Source: Candidatus Heimdallarchaeum endolithica
Lineage (GTDB): Archaea > Asgardarchaeota > Heimdallarchaeia > Heimdallarchaeales > Heimdallarchaeaceae
Direction: 5' to 3'
NCBI GenBank assembly: GCA_021513715.1
Contig: CP084167.1
Location: forward strand, 2,176,001-2,240,000
Length of the DNA stretch: 64,000 nucleotides
Below are positions 40,501 through 50,400 of this stretch, one piece after another. The notes under the pieces are model-generated. The model had not been told where the DNA came from. It saw only the letters and a list, made by a program, of their open reading frames with translations, and searched no databases. How positions within the stretch are numbered: position 1 is the first letter of the stretch; every line of letters begins with the position of its first letter. A program made the translations under genes and the position numbers.

Positions 40501-43500
40501 ATGAGGGTAGTATGTTAAAGGTTCATCGAGAGTAACATTGTACATCTCTCCATTGATGTAGATCAAAAGTTCATAAATTTCTACGGTGTAAGTTGCGTTG
40601 AGTGTTTCATCAAAAGAAAGATAACTATTATTCACATATCTGAAATAAATTCTATTCCACTCGTCTAAACTAAATGTGTGATTAACAAAATAACCGTCAG
40701 AATAGGTCATAGAAGAGGAAACGTCTTCCCCATAACTGAAACGAAGTTTCTTTCCTTCTATAAGTATACTTCCAACAGTATAATCTTTTATTCCCGAATA
40801 ATAACAACCAAATACACTCAAAGATAGTTTGGTGTATAAGGTAGGTTTAATATCAAGTGCAAAATCTACAGGTAAGTTTTCACCTAAAACACTATCTACT
40901 GTAGTGCTAAGTTTAACTTCTCCGGAAACTTCCAAAATATTATCTATAGGAGGTTGGATGTAGTAATCCCCTAATGTTCCTTCTCCTAAATAAAAGTCCT
41001 CTTCCATACCTTCTACAGTCTCTTTAACATGATGGAAAGAAGAAGAGTGTATTCCTTCCATTGTCAGACCGGTTAATTCTCCAGTTTGGAAAACTAACTC
41101 ACATTCTTGCAAAGTAGAAAAAGTGGGGACAGTAAAAGTGAGCATATCACTTTCTCGGTCTAGTTCTTTCCACAAATCAAACTCAATATACGATTCTTCT
41201 ATCCTTACCCTCATGTAAAATTGCTGATACAAACTATTATAGCCGAGATCAACAGGAATAGGAACCCACGTTCCTATCTGCTCTTCATTTGCACCTATTA
41301 TTTTTCTGAAAACTCCCACTTCAAATCTGTTCTCTGAAACACTACTGAGTTTAAACCTTAATACATACTCATAGTTCGATTGTTGGAAAACACCTAAATC
41401 TACAAAATCCTCTTCAGTAATAGCACCTAAAATATAAGGAGAAAATTCAATAACTGTTGCACTTCCAGCTTTAATTACTCTGTCTAATAACGTTTTACTC
41501 TCAGGTTGGATAATTATTCTTTCTCCATCATTTATCCAAGAACTATTAGAATAATCCTCTGCTTTCTTTATTACAGAAGATTTTTCATTTTCTGCTAAAG
41601 TGTGGATGAATACATCTCCAATACTTATACCCAAGTCATTTAAGCCAAAACCAAAACAATTAGGAGGTAGAAGAGAAAAAGTATGAGTATAGTAAGATGA
41701 ATTTAGATAAAATCTATTTTCAAATTCGATAATTTTGTGCCCACTATAGTATAAAGCCAAGTTTTCCTCTGGAATAGCGTATTCCTTTGTATAATCTTCA
41801 CATATACTTCCATTCTCATAAATCCCACTTCCTACATACTCATCGTTTTCTCCTTCAATCAAAGTAAAAGTATAAGCACTATCGCTTATTCCCCCCTCTG
41901 TTAGAGGATCAGAATTATCCCAAGTAATAATGTGTCTATAATCATCTCCATCTCCATCTTCCATCCAGCTATTGATATAGGTTTGTTGTTGTAGATACAT
42001 TGGTTCATAATAGTATTTGTTGTAACCATCATGACTTAAAGTAATAATATATTTGTAAGAATCTTCACTAATTTCTTCCATGTAAATGTTAAAATGCAAA
42101 GTTAGATCTTCGATATTTCTAAATGCGCCTAGACTACTTCTTCCAATGTAAACATGGTAGTAAGGTTGAAAATCTACAACCTCATTATCTAAATCTCCAT
42201 AACCATCAAAATAGTTACCAGAATCATAATAGACAAAGATTCGGAGAACTTTGGGATGATTAGAGTCGTGAGAAGGAAGGAATATTGGTATTGTTTTATA
42301 AAAAGCTAACCTTTCTTCTTCATTTATTCTATTGTCAGAATTAATGCTGAAATATCCTTGTTCCCACAAATCTTCTACTGACCAAGAATCAATTTTGACA
42401 TCAAACTCAAATAAGTTTTTATTTCCCAGATAAGTTCCAGAATAAAATATTGGTAAACTATTGTATTGGTCAAATATCATCATTTCATTAGTAAATATAT
42501 TATCATCGTCATATGTTTCTGTTCCTGATTCACTAAAATATTCGGTATAGGTTATACTATTCTGTCTTAGCATAGCAGGGTAACGGAAAATGAAAGCCGA
42601 GTTGAAATCATCGAAATCATACAGTTCATACTTAGGAATCCTTACCCAAGTTTCACCAAAGGGGAGAGTATATGAATTATAATCAATCGTGGTTCCTGTT
42701 TGATGAGGCTCTACTGGTGTTATGTGAGGCCATACCTCTAAAGACTCTTGTGTTCCATCATGATCTTCATCGTCAAACATCTGCCATCTTAGATTCTCTG
42801 CATGAGAAAATTCCATGTTGGAATAAGAATCGACACTGAAAATTAATCCATTATAACTTGCAAAAGGACTTACGTGAGTTAAAGGATTAACACGTATCCC
42901 TTCGTCTCCATCTATCAGTCCATTGCGATTTTTATCTACCCAATCGTTTTCGAACCAAAGCCCAGAAGAAGGAACAACCCAACGTTCATCTGGTGATTCT
43001 CCATGTCCAAAAAGGTAAGAAGCAGTGTCTATCGCTTTGAATTCATCCCACCAGAGATAATCTATACAAGAATAAAGTTCTTGTCCATTTAGATTTGTTA
43101 AATATTGGGTATGATTAATTTGTAGATCATACCTTGTTATTTTTCCATTATAATCGAAATTATATTTTATGTTTTGGTAATCATTAAAAGTCAAATCTTT
43201 GGCTATAATGGGCGAAGAATCGTCGGTGTTATTATAGAAACTGATTTTACCTAATACATAGAAGGGACTGCTTAATCCATATCTAGATATTTTTTTCGAT
43301 GCAAAGGTTCGAGTAAGATTAGAGTTATTAGGAATGAATAAGTATTCTCCTTTTCTGAATTTATAGATTTCAGGGTCGGTGAAATCTACTTTGAGAGGAT
43401 AGTTTGCTACAAAAATATCTTTATTTTCTAACAAATAGGGTGTGCCGTAAAATAGACAATAAGCATTATATTCCTCTACTAGAAGTTCAGGTTTCCATTC

Positions 43501-46500
43501 AATTGCCCAAGTGGTAGGTAAACCATAAATAGACAAATAGCTTTTTGCATAACTAGGTAAAGAATCTGTAGAGTAAAAAACAAGTTTGCCTTTTTCATCA
43601 TTTACATTTTTTAGTGTAACAAAGAATGCATCATAATCTGCTTCAAAATCGTCGGTGTAGTCTCTTTTCAACTCTTCTGTTTGTCCAAAGTGGACACTTA
43701 GCACTAAAGTTTCATAATCTCTTACATCTATTCTGCTACCTAAAAGTACGCAATGTTCTCCTGATAAATCCTCATAACTAAAACTAGGAGTAAGAGTAGA
43801 GGAGGGGTCAGTCCACTTTTCAGTTATATCCTTATCAGAATAGATAGTTTGGTTCCACCCGTAGGTCACCATATCGCTTTTTCCATCTCCATTTGTATCA
43901 GGATTAGACGGAAAAACAAGAAAAACTTTCAAGAATCCAATATAGTCATACCCTTTGTTTCTTACAAAAGTTTGATTATAAGGATAAAATTTTACAATTA
44001 TTTTGGTATTATCTAATATCTTAGAAGGATCTTTATACGCTTGTGAATCAAACATGCGTAAACTATATTCTAATAATGTTATTCCTTCAGGATTAATCGT
44101 TGTATTATCTACAGGTTTAACTTTTTTCCAAATATCTTCTATTGAGCTGTTACTAATCTGAAAATAAATATCTAAGTTAGTTAATACAGAAGAGAGAGTA
44201 AACAATCTAGATTGAGGATTAACTCTGAAAGACGTTTTGTCTAATCCTTCTGGAGCGTTTTCTGGAAGAGTGTTGACGTACCAAGGTGTGAGAGGGTTGT
44301 CGTTAGGATCGTTAGTAAAGGAAGGTTGTAACTCGGGGTCAATAAGTGTATATAAGTAAGGGTTAGTGTAAAGACTAACGGGAGTATCTAAATAACTTTG
44401 GATATTGTTTTTAATTGAAGCAACAAGTCTGCTGTCGCTGAGGAACGGAACAGAGTGAGTTTTCTCTCTCGGGATAGAAAAATCGATTGTTCCTTCACTC
44501 ATGTCGATCTTGTAAATAATGATGTTCTTAATAACCATAAAGTCTGCAGAACGAAAAGTTATATCTTTTAGTACGTTTCCTCCTTGAATACCTGTTGTAT
44601 CAGCTATGTTTTCGATGTTGAAAGTTATTACTCTCTCTTTAGTTGAAACGAACTCTTTAGTTATAGTACTGGTAGCGGGAATAATATTATCTTCACTGTT
44701 TATGATATTGAAGTCAACAGAAACACTTATGTTTAAAGGAGGATAAACAAGAGTGTAGTTTTCTTTTAATGAGTAAATAGTCAATCTCATGTATTTGAAT
44801 TGTGTTAAATCTACATTGACGTTGGGTATTTTTACCTCTCCATTAAAAGCGACCAGATTGTTTCCAACTATTTTGTATTCCGCATCTATAAACTCATAGT
44901 CAGAGACAACATCGGTTATACCGTCTCCATCCAAATCTTCATTTATCAATGAAGGACTGAATAAAGTATAACCATACGTTTCATACCATTGGTCGTCAAA
45001 AGAAAGATTTTCTGAAGTTTCCTCATCGTAAAAGTTGTAACTCCATCCATCATCACCTAAATTCAACCCGGAAGCATCTTCTAAAGCGTTAGCAGAAAAA
45101 CCGATAGGTGCTGTCATTAGAGATTGTATCTCTATAACTTCAGGAGTAACTTCAAGAGAGTAATGTCTTTCTAACCTTACCTCATAATTACCAGGAATAA
45201 GATCAAGATAAAGACTGTGGGAGTAAAAATCTTTACTTCCATGCTCGGTCCAAGAGATAGTGCCGTAAAAAGTAAAAGTCTCAGGAGCGTTTAATCTTCT
45301 AATATATACATCTATTTGTGTGTTTGGAAAAGTGCCTTGACTTTTAGCTTTAACTTTAAGAAGACAAGGTTCTAATATTTCCATGTCGTAAGAAGCAATA
45401 AAATACTGGTTATCTACATCATTTAAGACCAGATTACCCTCTTCTACATGACTATACTCTGATTTGGAATAATAATCATAAGCGTTGACTACCTCTCCAA
45501 AAGCATGTACTCCACTCCATTCGATAGAGAAGAGTTCAAAAGGCGTCTTCAAGGGTTCGTAAGTTTGGGTTTCTTGATTATAACCTTTTACAAAAATATG
45601 AATATAATTATACATGTATAATGTGGTAGGAAAGGCCAAATATTCTATAATACCTTTCTTTAACAGTTTTTCTCCTATTAGCTCTAATTTGGGTACACCA
45701 TTCAACCCATATGTGGTCATGTATAGTTCTACCATCACATCTTGGTAAGAATGAGCTACAATCAGTAATCTATTCGCTTTTTCGTAATCTGGAGCATCAA
45801 GAGAAAGATAATCAAACTTTACTGTTGCTCCTCCACTTTGTTTTGCTACCACGTTATCAAAAACAGAAAAGATACCTACATCACCGTGAAAACCGTAAAG
45901 TGTAGGCATGTTGATGATTAGGTCTTGACTATTAATGCTTACCTGGTAAGCTCTTAAACCTTTTAGCGATTTTACACCAAAGGAAACGGATTCGTTAAGA
46001 GTAAAATCATCTATCTTTTCAATTTTAGTTATTACTCCATCTTTGTAAATAACTAAAGCAGGATAAAAATACGACTTTTCCCCGTCGTTAACTTCTAAAA
46101 TGTAACCTATTCCGAATTCTACATCTGCCATATAGCCATATATACCTATACCGCTTACTATCCCTTTTTTCTCTATTATCATACTGGTATGTATCTGGAA
46201 TTCTGCTACTTCTGAATCATTTTTGATAATTCTACAACTATCATGCATAACTACTGTATCATCATAACTAACTAGATTACTAGAGAGAATATTTTCATCA
46301 GAATAATATGAACTGTTAATTGTTTCTTCGTTTAAAGTATCATGAAAGATACTTTCTGTTATTTCAGTAAGATAAGAAGCGACATACCCATCTCTATCAG
46401 TACTTAAAGCTAAAACGTCGCTTCCATACATATCTGTAACTATCGTTTTGGAGCGAGGGTTCTTGGCTAGATATTCGGTAGGGTTGATAACTTTGTTATG

Positions 46501-47484
46501 CATTCCTGTATAATAGAAGGTCTTAATACTTAATTCGCTGAAATAAATCTCTATAGGGTTAGTTTCTTCATGACCATAATCTATCTCAAACTCAAACTTG
46601 AACCATATTGTTTTTCCTCTTAAACCTTCTAAATCAGTACTATCAAATAGCAAATCTTCATCTATTGTCCCATCGTCCCAGCTCTCACTTATTATTACCT
46701 CTCTTACATTTCCATAATAGTCAACATAACAATATTTTACAGTGAAATAAATTGTATGGTTATTTTCTTCTATTGGACTAATCATAAATCCATTGTAATC
46801 TAATGTCACAACAGGAACATTAGGAATATAGACAGCATCACTTTCAAAACTGTTGAAAGCGTATAAAGTTACAATATTTGAATCGTTATCGTTGTTAAAT
46901 GTCCCATCGAGTAAAAAGTTGTGATAGTATAATTTTCTAGTATAAACTTTTATTTCTCCTATCCTAACTTTTCCATAAATCTTTATTTTCATGGAGGTTG
47001 TATCTCCAAAAACATACATGGATAAATCTAAATCTAGTTCAGTTGAACTTTCTAACATTGATCTAGTGATAGTATACAAAACTCTAGAATTATTCGCGTC
47101 TAATAATTGTATTTTAGAAGAATAAGACAGATAAGTAGTTTGTATATTTTTAATAGATATTTTTGGGGCCATCTCACTTCCCCAGATGAGTTCGAACTTT
47201 TCACTTACTGCTATTTGTCCTTCTGAAACTTCTAGCACCCATCCATCTGTGTCAAGAACGAATTTCCTGTGTCCCCCATGCCATAAGGGAAGAGTAGAGT
47301 TGCTGAAATCGTCATAGAAGAAAGTGTAATCGGAGTCTCCCTTTATAGGAGTAGTAAACATGGTAATACCTTGAAAAATAGTAATAAGTATAATACCAAG
47401 AACAATAAATTTGATTTTTTTATTGTTAATATTTTTCAAATTGCTTAATAGATCAAATTTGTTAGAATGTATTTTTTTAGACAT
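31504..47484 (-). CDS. Giant 5326-aa exported protein: acidic beta-rich/Ca-binding region, hydrophobic helical region, basic C-terminus with PD-(D/E)xK-like motif
   Basis: Uninterrupted 16-kb ORF; N-terminal signal/TM; DLDGDG, DTNGDG and DKNRNG-type Ca loops; hydrophobic helices at ~aa 3550-3980; GIDL..FVELK at ~aa 4320. Confidence 0.85.
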   Translation of the reverse strand: MSKKIHSNKFDLLSNLKNINNKKIKFIVLGIILITIFQGITMFTTPIKGDSDYTFFYDDFSNSTLPLWHGGHRKFVLDTDGWVLEVSEGQIAVSEKFELIWGSEMAPKISIKNIQTTYLSYSSKIQLLDANNSRVLYTITRSMLESSTELDLDLSMYVFGDTTSMKIKIYGKVRIGEIKVYTRKLYYHNFLLDGTFNNDNDSNIVTLYAFNSFESDAVYIPNVPVVTLDYNGFMISPIEENNHTIYFTVKYCYVDYYGNVREVIISESWDDGTIDEDLLFDSTDLEGLRGKTIWFKFEFEIDYGHEETNPIEIYFSELSIKTFYYTGMHNKVINPTEYLAKNPRSKTIVTDMYGSDVLALSTDRDGYVASYLTEITESIFHDTLNEETINSSYYSDENILSSNLVSYDDTVVMHDSCRIIKNDSEVAEFQIHTSMIIEKKGIVSGIGIYGYMADVEFGIGYILEVNDGEKSYFYPALVIYKDGVITKIEKIDDFTLNESVSFGVKSLKGLRAYQVSINSQDLIINMPTLYGFHGDVGIFSVFDNVVAKQSGGATVKFDYLSLDAPDYEKANRLLIVAHSYQDVMVELYMTTYGLNGVPKLELIGEKLLKKGIIEYLAFPTTLYMYNYIHIFVKGYNQETQTYEPLKTPFELFSIEWSGVHAFGEVVNAYDYYSKSEYSHVEEGNLVLNDVDNQYFIASYDMEILEPCLLKVKAKSQGTFPNTQIDVYIRRLNAPETFTFYGTISWTEHGSKDFYSHSLYLDLIPGNYEVRLERHYSLEVTPEVIEIQSLMTAPIGFSANALEDASGLNLGDDGWSYNFYDEETSENLSFDDQWYETYGYTLFSPSLINEDLDGDGITDVVSDYEFIDAEYKIVGNNLVAFNGEVKIPNVNVDLTQFKYMRLTIYSLKENYTLVYPPLNISVSVDFNIINSEDNIIPATSTITKEFVSTKERVITFNIENIADTTGIQGGNVLKDITFRSADFMVIKNIIIYKIDMSEGTIDFSIPREKTHSVPFLSDSRLVASIKNNIQSYLDTPVSLYTNPYLYTLIDPELQPSFTNDPNDNPLTPWYVNTLPENAPEGLDKTSFRVNPQSRLFTLSSVLTNLDIYFQISNSSIEDIWKKVKPVDNTTINPEGITLLEYSLRMFDSQAYKDPSKILDNTKIIVKFYPYNQTFVRNKGYDYIGFLKVFLVFPSNPDTNGDGKSDMVTYGWNQTIYSDKDITEKWTDPSSTLTPSFSYEDLSGEHCVLLGSRIDVRDYETLVLSVHFGQTEELKRDYTDDFEADYDAFFVTLKNVNDEKGKLVFYSTDSLPSYAKSYLSIYGLPTTWAIEWKPELLVEEYNAYCLFYGTPYLLENKDIFVANYPLKVDFTDPEIYKFRKGEYLFIPNNSNLTRTFASKKISRYGLSSPFYVLGKISFYNNTDDSSPIIAKDLTFNDYQNIKYNFDYNGKITRYDLQINHTQYLTNLNGQELYSCIDYLWWDEFKAIDTASYLFGHGESPDERWVVPSSGLWFENDWVDKNRNGLIDGDEGIRVNPLTHVSPFASYNGLIFSVDSYSNMEFSHAENLRWQMFDDEDHDGTQESLEVWPHITPVEPHQTGTTIDYNSYTLPFGETWVRIPKYELYDFDDFNSAFIFRYPAMLRQNSITYTEYFSESGTETYDDDNIFTNEMMIFDQYNSLPIFYSGTYLGNKNLFEFDVKIDSWSVEDLWEQGYFSINSDNRINEEERLAFYKTIPIFLPSHDSNHPKVLRIFVYYDSGNYFDGYGDLDNEVVDFQPYYHVYIGRSSLGAFRNIEDLTLHFNIYMEEISEDSYKYIITLSHDGYNKYYYEPMYLQQQTYINSWMEDGDGDDYRHIITWDNSDPLTEGGISDSAYTFTLIEGENDEYVGSGIYENGSICEDYTKEYAIPEENLALYYSGHKIIEFENRFYLNSSYYTHTFSLLPPNCFGFGLNDLGISIGDVFIHTLAENEKSSVIKKAEDYSNSSWINDGERIIIQPESKTLLDRVIKAGSATVIEFSPYILGAITEEDFVDLGVFQQSNYEYVLRFKLSSVSENRFEVGVFRKIIGANEEQIGTWVPIPVDLGYNSLYQQFYMRVRIEESYIEFDLWKELDRESDMLTFTVPTFSTLQECELVFQTGELTGLTMEGIHSSSFHHVKETVEGMEEDFYLGEGTLGDYYIQPPIDNILEVSGEVKLSTTVDSVLGENLPVDFALDIKPTLYTKLSLSVFGCYYSGIKDYTVGSILIEGKKLRFSYGEDVSSSMTYSDGYFVNHTFSLDEWNRIYFRYVNNSYLSFDETLNATYTVEIYELLIYINGEMYNVTLDEPLTYYPHFTFEIHSRAGLTEIDDLYFGGIEEDFDDDQIDEKIVKEEDLSGATSIKNKLLKKVVITVFGCTVYDIYSEVSVTVTDQHRTSETQTLKWEQISSSLERRKYTYTFETEFDYKKPLRITLTSKRISAIFHLMIENEQHASSFLYVPQVNDYESAKYVPVKYTGGQQIVHDQELQQKVTKFSLPIGGYLPLPDKRENFVLEGFAKGKGNITFDTPFFLTDIHTNERYPVLLTLNFGMNDSERDTGAYSYDSQSNLFTVTLTCTKEEGKWSYFRIDLFQLILYIKKTDTYPASFDLSEYETYADYGYGGFSTEKQKVEFTVTPDTTFYLTEFRVYNNLVAGRYPYAGARVSAVNKDTQSFVGELKWQQYNVSLDGWINLDEVFVYHEFIDNQTHITYDLVLYLTSDFTSSKVFFEIETNGIFVLSTGFATIMKKQELGMGSSTRFFTPQTELTPLFLHLIFPVYSFPKKIRISYMSDGIVQLNAGENNNRIREWLVSNAYYNDGESTAAITHLLSRTMPLEGETFLLNNEERFVFEKISLEDEYGVFSLGELPYSVHAGQQVALVTCVDFTQDINESELIIAFTHETIVIKQLMIDGIPLVMDNEAMWNEITFYGDKLLIPLNSEGLNRKTEPWEVYGDIRDNREVALWAGVAKGEVNESSVLDHYSSPPSTIFLNKKGIHQISLILERVSEENAFFGAIIEPCWDLIHNFVEPDEVHVDYSNVLAKNTIRFNNQLEVDFTRKKSDTKTFAYSKMQTIDTIPLNPYNVYKGGFYVDSYGTYHHWRVYFTGISGVEELYKGKKWYDEEGNLITPTNGTKYNWKFLLFQMNYAIVLDKGTSHSFVQPFSFLVGMYSFVEYWYFQDRNNNSQYDPGIDSEWIPKLYDGFGVPDIEDCSIIPGANETLVDPVTSAYRYGVPTSSRDKIHLETVAGLSLDLSSQYNSSLNVDISEARSISIDLEKEEEKETLTFIDPLNSTDFKLTKDYLIENTLDYNNNLTQTYALRTTVQFDNFELEMYRPKIDSSYLYLTEKNETYSRNYIYDEQSHTLYTYHTDLVSKESYGLEMVNTRGRVYAYNTNAMFGLPSANQIDNCEFVREWINETTERTIGEGLATPEVWTNTNILPSLYGNVKNDFISSFQIAIAYLHQNIMLVDMDLPTDVVSLTIFDEILGADYTWEDIPAEFYDENGTLIYDVSAGIIEFAIHSSDILTYFTTSYPLTFWDRTKELKGWSKFTMGVKSFLLPLKQMFSIFFRSGGLIKGLFGNWRGNDGDDSVLSEEDYRGWKSTFILLWGLMLGTTRGAGLAKGEIFDTSEKTKSLLCINDYWDWYLDSILVKNEPELKPRDGSEPSKYLPLVPDYEMEEILQDWAKSGNWKMIDWMTNEEYTPEHYNMNKRDAYMYYHFKEQLMKYGPYSIKVYSVQEAYSDGHEDFDDGYFIIAVPSLTDSGDYDWYVSLDYFHYFNGKKTKLSDFEALAFWEMLVNTFSVTALLADIRDSVCAPDAFVRAMALSQIPMDIINIICFFAPTPTQSPTKDLLNSMTKASRITTKTTKGFIRFISNVGSFAERRIIKFITKRNKFLSLLDSGGKIALTLRLLKYVNTFAQITIFLPQKLLLLTYSAPLMGINTIVKEAAELFSKATDIDVVAAFVLRKWVNNELLSGKPIKAQELVELMLKSRVTAQLIMQNTQNLIMEAPLKYLSLSYITALNVQNEGVYPVYSVTPEGTKIDKIQDLKTTGAGIIDSKLSFKESLDLLDHFNVFEAIKSEGICLVRNSFVDWDKTIENVKEMKRKLNPTITEKELEEITEKTIKELKRTHSRSPEFFIRYVELPDRLAGIINKEELLDIFSENLDVKFFNWLKENGYGQSLLVKLFDPTTDGTEEFTYHSQLKSVIPLFTLLQRMFLYKELTQKLFENIKEKESTSTTKVAAEKSINILKELLRKTDKILYNTLDSKNPFISIKESLKEGEKKPFNVNLKNTILKSTIELINPQDKIAENYVGIDLITTGGNFVELKYLSNNDLQTSFTHKGKYNFAYYLTAGLLDNFPLAYDYTNKEAYLTSKLLNHIIKKEVDYRPRNIASNTGIFSTLLGVVNYLFCGQTNKITTDEMAMAMLGYKISYHASTGYSTLLDYVQVVDKKNNDITAKGKYLQFQPIKSTERLKIAVRGILNVIDTNSLNEKFRTDFGENAKAYFITSHTKGYVIVFYTTIENGQEKVVSKAEYLDCFNSEYAKDEKSVRIIKTDYIPTEHIKYTLKVDENRITEIEKSEPINYKLYSFDGKEIELKNGIGLDTWARIRVVIEKNNELIPVLILQDRDGKIIKDSKGEMIYWPINSKLNGKNALTGKEQQIVNLAQQLNNIQEVSTYDTFTILEKNLKLSKAEIWKAISDNALYFSKFLKNKNVLALEMDINKDGKIIIDKRPMNVNDAVEEMKKYLEVINRMDDKAEIEKAKEEDYQIVEQLAKILFTSEAKIDEELMIKLRNEINERIIELKRLKEMASLFNPKERINKMVNSFLIVNNVNSPISPAEVNNKLAQILENVLTPIGYYEAFKDQLTEEEINIFTTGRKEYNYEIDVVETLLVEDDDLLAQLTKKNPGIKSQIVRYTANNEGRSVKIKSKISELVTLMRNVDKIVLDKNMEFLINENGYIRAIIEKIILETKLGKWYNKENSGELEGEKIDYKTYKEQLEIVRSKLKSIFGERVYIPEVTEDTRSLYMVFLIRLKENKVNNYRFVEIIQTKKLSKRTKDDYTICISFHGGEKGTRKVLKIMNEIIDKEMKKVAEINQELYNKHYKEMLEKIKGIIGEIQTGDTINLQKDITKYGRIDYLVTAEGLKGLFGETKNEMGISIEMLNSLIALAYMKAEEENVEEVKISMEELTNSVNVFCLYKKYDKLNLKLVEDEGGTFHRVAISYKKNNDVKKGLIYPITKYGLMNYEEALKTMYKEYLIWEDVYGTIENYYDIKNYYNENPQDIRYKIQKYENVKLGMTFYYRIWEAITTEMKKNKPK

Positions 47485-50400
47485 TATTTTTTACCTCCAA
47501 AAGATTTGAAAAAATGACTGAATTTTCTTCCCCTAGTTTGAGAAAGAGTAGACCAATTACTGGTCAAGAAAAACTTTGCTTTTAACAATAATTTTGGTTT
47601 TTTTATTATTATTAGAGTAATTGTTACTAATAACAAACTTCCGCTAACCAATAAAGGTAATAAAAGCGAATATTTTTGTGAAGAAGACAGGTTAACTATA
47701 ATTCTGTATATTTCACTTACTTGTTCGTTAAGATTCTTATCTCTTGCTATTATTTGAATATAGTAACCAGGAGAGTTTTTAGCTTTAAATCCGATTAGGA
47801 AGAAGGAAGAAAGCATTTCTTTCATATTTTTAGTTTTGATTACTTTCCATCCTTTTTCTGTAGGAGATAAGAAGAGTATTTTTATTTCTTTGATGTTTTT
47901 ATCGACTATTTTGGCGTTGATAGTTATTTGTTCTCCTACACTATAATAATCCGCATAAACTACCTTTACTATCTTTGGTTTGGTTAGATCACTAATATAT
48001 AATGAATAATCTTCTGATGACCATATTCTTCCGAACCAGTTCTCAATTGTAAACATATACTCAAGGGTATCTATTTCGTAACTATCTATAAGCGAAGAAA
48101 GAGGTAAGATGTATGTTTTTCCTTCCTCATCCAAAGGAGTGAGAATAAGCTTACGAGTAGTATATTGATCTACTTTCAAAATGATAAAGGGTCGATAGTT
48201 CTCTGAAGCAAAAGCTTTGTTGAATTTAACAGTTAAGGTTTTTCTACTTTCATTAAATTCTATTTCTTCTACTTTAAGCTCTAAATCCATTGCTCCGAAT
48301 AGACCCTTGTATTCTACATATTTCCAACTACTCCAAGAACTATATTGTCCATAATCATTTCTTACACGGTACTTGAAGTATACCCTTTCTCCTATTCTAT
48401 CTCCTCCAGTTAATTGCTTTTGCCAATAACCATCTCTTGCTGTCCCTGAGTATCGAGATATACCTGAACTCGTTGTGGTATAACTTGAAGTGGTAGGGCC
48501 ATATCTTATTTGGATATAATTGATATTATCAGTGCTACATTTAGCATGTACCCTCGCATAAAAGAGGTCGTTCATAGTTCTATCATTATAACCATAAGCC
48601 CAGACACTTATTATACTAGGAGCGTAATGGACTTCATTTACTTGTAAATAGAAAGCTGAAGAAGTTTGAACATTTCCTGCTTTATCATATGCTACTGCTC
48701 TCCATTCTATCAATTTTCCTGAATAACTGCTATCAGGAACAAAATATACTTGGTAAGTGTTACCAGAGTAATGTGAAATGCTATGGTATACCCAGTTTCC
48801 TGAAGGATCTTTATGTTTAATATAACAAACACGATTAGGTGGAGTACCCGCAAGATCCAATCCACTTGCTAAACTAGAAAGGTCGCTGAAATCTGCACGT
48901 ATATATGTGCTATGTCCTACATCTATTGTATTTCCTGAACTACTAATGGGTTTGGTAACGGAAGGTTTGATGTTATCAATAACTGTAAATGCATCGTTCC
49001 AAGTGTATGAACCCGAGTGCCCATGTGCATCCGTGTAAGTGAATTTAACATCCCATGCCCCACTGTACCATTTGAGATTGGAAAGAGTAAAAGTGGGTGT
49101 TTTAGTATCTTCAGGAGTAGTAGTAATTGTACCATAGACATAGTTAGTAAAACTACTTTCCCCAGGATGTTTGTAGTAGCACTTATATTTTGTATACAGG
49201 GTGGATACACCTCCATCATCAAAAACGTTGATACTAAGTTCAATTGTTGAGCCATATACTGGAGTAGAGTCGTCTACCGAAGGATTGGATCCAGAAGGAT
49301 TAGTAGCATCGACCGAAACTGTAAAGCTATCAGTAATTTCAACTAGATTAATACCATCTGAAGCAGTAATAGTAATCGAAAAAGTATCTTCGTAGTTTAA
49401 TATAGCATTATCAATATAGGAATAGAACTCGTCTTCGAGTGATCCAGAATGAACAGTTCGATAATGAGCTGTTCCTTCTCCATTTTCCTTATAACTGAAA
49501 GTAACCATACTAGGTTCGATATTTACATAATTATCAGAAATAAAGTAAGATATTTTTAAATCATAGGCTTCATTGTTACTTACACCATTAGGGGGAGTAA
49601 AATCAATCGTGGGAGGAGTTTTATCTGATACAATATAATCAAAACTGTAAGTTGCTGAATTACCCGCTTCATCAGTTCCTTTAACTTCAACTATGTATGT
49701 TCCAGTAGTAATTTGTCCAGGTATGGTAATAGAATAATAATTATCTTCTAATAAAGTTCCATCTGTTTGCCATGTCGTCCAATCATCGTTTTCATTTTTA
49801 TATCTATATTGATAATCCATGTAAGGATAAGGAGTTATCTCATCACTAATTTTACAATCAAAAGATAAATCTTCACCTACATCTTTAACAGCTCCATCAG
49901 GACTTTCTTTAAATACGATTCCAGAAGGTGGTTCCTTATCCACTGCATGTAAACTTACGGAATCAGTCCCAAAATATGTTCCTGTTTCATCACTCGCTCT
50001 AACTTCAATATTTATATACTCATCTATCCTATACTCCGTTTTAGGTATAGTGAAAGAGTAAGTACCACTTGAACCTGTTGCACTAGTCCATTCTGTATAA
50101 CTACCAGATTCAATAGAATAACGATATTGAGTATTGTAATCTCCATCTTCATGTTGAACAGAAAAAGTGATATCTATATCTGAAGCATAGTTAATCTCAT
50201 TGTTAGAATAACTAGATGTAATTGTGACAGTAGGAGAAGCTTGGTTAATTCTATATCCCAAACCCGTGTCGTCATTTATATCATCATTATTATCTAATCT
50301 ATATGTTGCTGTGTTTCCACAGTTATCTTGTAAAGTTATAGCTAATGCAACTTTATCCCCTATGTTAAAAATCGAACCATCTATATTTGCTACAATCATT